Source: a virus
Direction: 5' to 3' (one strand)
DNA length: 6,173 nt
Virus record (IMG/VR): IMGVR_UViG_3300020030_000008
Span: 1-6,173 of that record
Every line of letters begins with the position of its first letter. Position 1 is the first letter of the stretch. A program made the translations under genes and the position numbers. A model generated the notes under the pieces. The model searched no databases, was not told the DNA's origin, and worked only from the letters and a program-made list of their open reading frames with translations. This document shows, piece after piece, positions 5,084 to 6,173 of the stretch.

Positions 5084-5404
5084 TTAAAGTTTCGATTGAA
5101 ATCTGAGATAAAAACGCCTCCAGGCATCGGAATATTTTCTCCAAAAATCATAACCCTCAGGCGTCGAATCAAACAAGAAAGCGGTAGAAATGAGATAGGT
5201 AGGGCCTAAGTTCGGGTCACAAAGAGAACGCCGAATATGGGCGCGCAAACGGTCGCGAAAACCACCGTAGGGCGAAACGACGACATCGTAGTTCGTCTTA
5301 AAAGAGACGAATATTCCTTGACGAACGAGCCACTCGGTAAAAGCATAATCGAGAACGTCAACAATCAAATCGCCAGGCTTGAAATTTTTACTTCCTTTTT
5401 TCAT
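5084..5404 (-). CDS. Hypothetical 106-aa protein (accessory, unrecognised), net basic
   Basis: ATG at 5404-5402, TAA at 5086-5084. It follows an 81-nt T-rich spacer after the pilot gene. Sequence MKKGSKNFKPGDLIVDVLDY...FDSTPEGYDFWRKYSDAWRRFYLRFQSKL. I recognise no family. Confidence 0.65.
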   Translation of the reverse strand: MKKGSKNFKPGDLIVDVLDYAFTEWLVRQGIFVSFKTNYDVVVSPYGGFRDRLRAHIRRSLCDPNLGPTYLISTAFLFDSTPEGYDFWRKYSDAWRRFYLRFQSKL

Positions 5405-5430
5405 AATATTGAGGTTATTGGTTTACAGCA

Positions 5431-5462
5431 CAAAAATACAACAAAAAAGAACAAACGGCAAA
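5431..5462 (-). promoter_or_regulatory. Candidate Bacteroidota-type promoter (TTTG ... TAnnTTTG) upstream of the 106-aa gene
   Basis: Coding-strand TATTTTTG (complement of 5431-5438) matches TAnnTTTG. A TTTG (complement of 5459-5462) lies 20 nt upstream. The box ends 26 nt before the ATG at 5404. This is a motif match in a T-rich spacer only. Confidence 0.3.
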
Positions 5463-5485
5463 GTTCAAAAGGTTGGAAGAATTGT

Positions 5486-6173
5486 TCAGTTTCTCCTAAA
5501 ATAACTGCGGCGAGTGTACGTGGCGCCGATTTGATCCCCAGAGGGGCCATAAACATCACGCATCTCCTCATAACCTTCGGGTCCCGCAGGACCTGCGGCC
5601 TTGCGGCCAACGTACGAGGCGCCTGCAATGCCGGCAGCGGCGGCGAAAGAACGAACGACATCATGAGCGAGACGAAGTCGAGAGTTACGCAAATCCCAAC
5701 GAGCGTTGCCTGTTTCGAGCTGAGCAGTTTCGGCAGCGGCAGTCTTCAGAATAGCCAGAGTTTCGGCCACCTTCATCGTCTTCGTCTCAACGACTTCACC
5801 CTTCTCATTGCGTATTTGGACAGGGACTTCTTTTTCCCAATTCAGTTCGAACCACTTTTGCAAATCCTTGAGCTCCTGAGCGTTGAGAGCCGTACGGGAC
5901 TCAGACTCAGCGGCGGAGGCCACATTAGCAACCGCGGAACTCCAGGCAACTGCGAGGGCAGCACCTGCTTGCGGGGCAAACCAATCATTAGACTGGCGGA
6001 GGTAGTTGTATTTTTCCTCTAGAATTCCTGTCATAGCCATAATAGAGGAAAGCTTATAACCTTGCGAAATATCGGCCAAATAGGCCTCGATAGACATAAT
6101 TTGAGCTTGCGCCTCATGCAATCTAGCAACTTCACCTGCATCCTTAACATTGTGTTGGGCAATCTGCAATTCA
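5486..6173 (-). CDS. VP2: Minor capsid / DNA pilot protein (VP2/H-like), C-terminal part; its upstream portion lies at 693-1 after circularisation
   Basis: Open frame from the window end down to TGA at 5488-5486. It is the same frame as the 693..1 segment: 693 to 118 is 576 nt, i.e. 192 codons, then 227 codons plus the stop. Predicted helical/coiled region, Ala/Gly-rich patch FAAAAGIAGASYVGRKAAGPAGPEG, and basic tail RRSYFRRN. Confidence 0.8.
   Translation of the reverse strand, partial: ELQIAQHNVKDAGEVARLHEAQAQIMSIEAYLADISQGYKLSSIMAMTGILEEKYNYLRQSNDWFAPQAGAALAVAWSSAVANVASAAESESRTALNAQELKDLQKWFELNWEKEVPVQIRNEKGEVVETKTMKVAETLAILKTAAAETAQLETGNARWDLRNSRLRLAHDVVRSFAAAAGIAGASYVGRKAAGPAGPEGYEEMRDVYGPSGDQIGATYTRRSYFRRN
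6053..6173. repeat. Terminal direct repeat, copy 2 (identical to 1-121); circular-contig overlap
   Basis: Same comparison as copy 1; the offset between copies is exactly 6052 nt. Confidence 0.95.

Larger units (their letters stand above)
1..6052 (-). other. Complete circular Microviridae-type ssDNA phage genome unit (6052 nt); coding strand is the complement of the given strand
   Basis: Exact 121-nt overlap between the window ends. The core microvirus gene set (capsid F/VP1-like, HUH Rep A/VP4-like, pilot H/VP2-like) sits on one strand, tightly packed with 1-12 nt gaps or 1-nt overlaps. The pilot gene is only complete when the ends are joined. Confidence 0.9.

Noticed and set aside
4749-5144. 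The 131-aa version of the accessory ORF given in the track
   Set aside because: Its first codon is TTG, and it would overlap the upstream gene by 61 nt. The ATG at 5072 gives an 11-nt gap, consistent with the packing seen elsewhere in the genome. The N-terminal extension cannot be excluded.
5237-6022. 261-aa plus-strand ORF, the longest ORF not explained by the annotation
   Set aside because: It lies antisense to the pilot gene C-terminus, the T-rich spacer and the 106-aa gene. It therefore crosses two genes and a non-coding gap without regard to their boundaries. The sequence is low-complexity with no motif. Microviruses express only one strand, so it is most simply a shadow ORF.

Overview
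The window is one complete circular Microviridae-type ssDNA phage genome, linearised with a terminal overlap. Bases 1-121 are identical to 6053-6173, so the unit length is 6052 nt. All credible genes lie on the minus strand, so the given strand is the complement of the coding strand. Order along the coding strand: small ORF (66-68 aa), TAATG overlap, HUH replication initiator (VP4/A-like, 356 aa), major capsid protein (VP1/F-like, 598 aa), 98-aa acidic protein (possible scaffold), possible 45-aa basic mini-ORF, short hairpin-bearing spacer, 63-aa predicted lipoprotein, pilot/minor capsid protein (VP2/H-like, 419 aa once the ends are joined), 81-nt T-rich spacer, two unrecognised ORFs (106 and 107 aa), then an ORF-free spacer of about 240 nt packed with GC-rich hairpins. 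I found no tRNA, rRNA, CRISPR array, integrase or transposase. Most worth follow-up: (1) the hairpin-dense spacer at 4505-4748, which shares sequence modules with the spacer at 887-964; (2) the small lipoprotein placed 1 nt upstream of the pilot gene, a lysis or exclusion candidate; (3) the two-gene accessory block, which may have its own promoter; (4) Shine-Dalgarno-less starts with TAnnTTT(G/C) boxes, hinting at a Bacteroidota host. Family assignments rest on motifs I recognise by eye. No database search or folding program was run.
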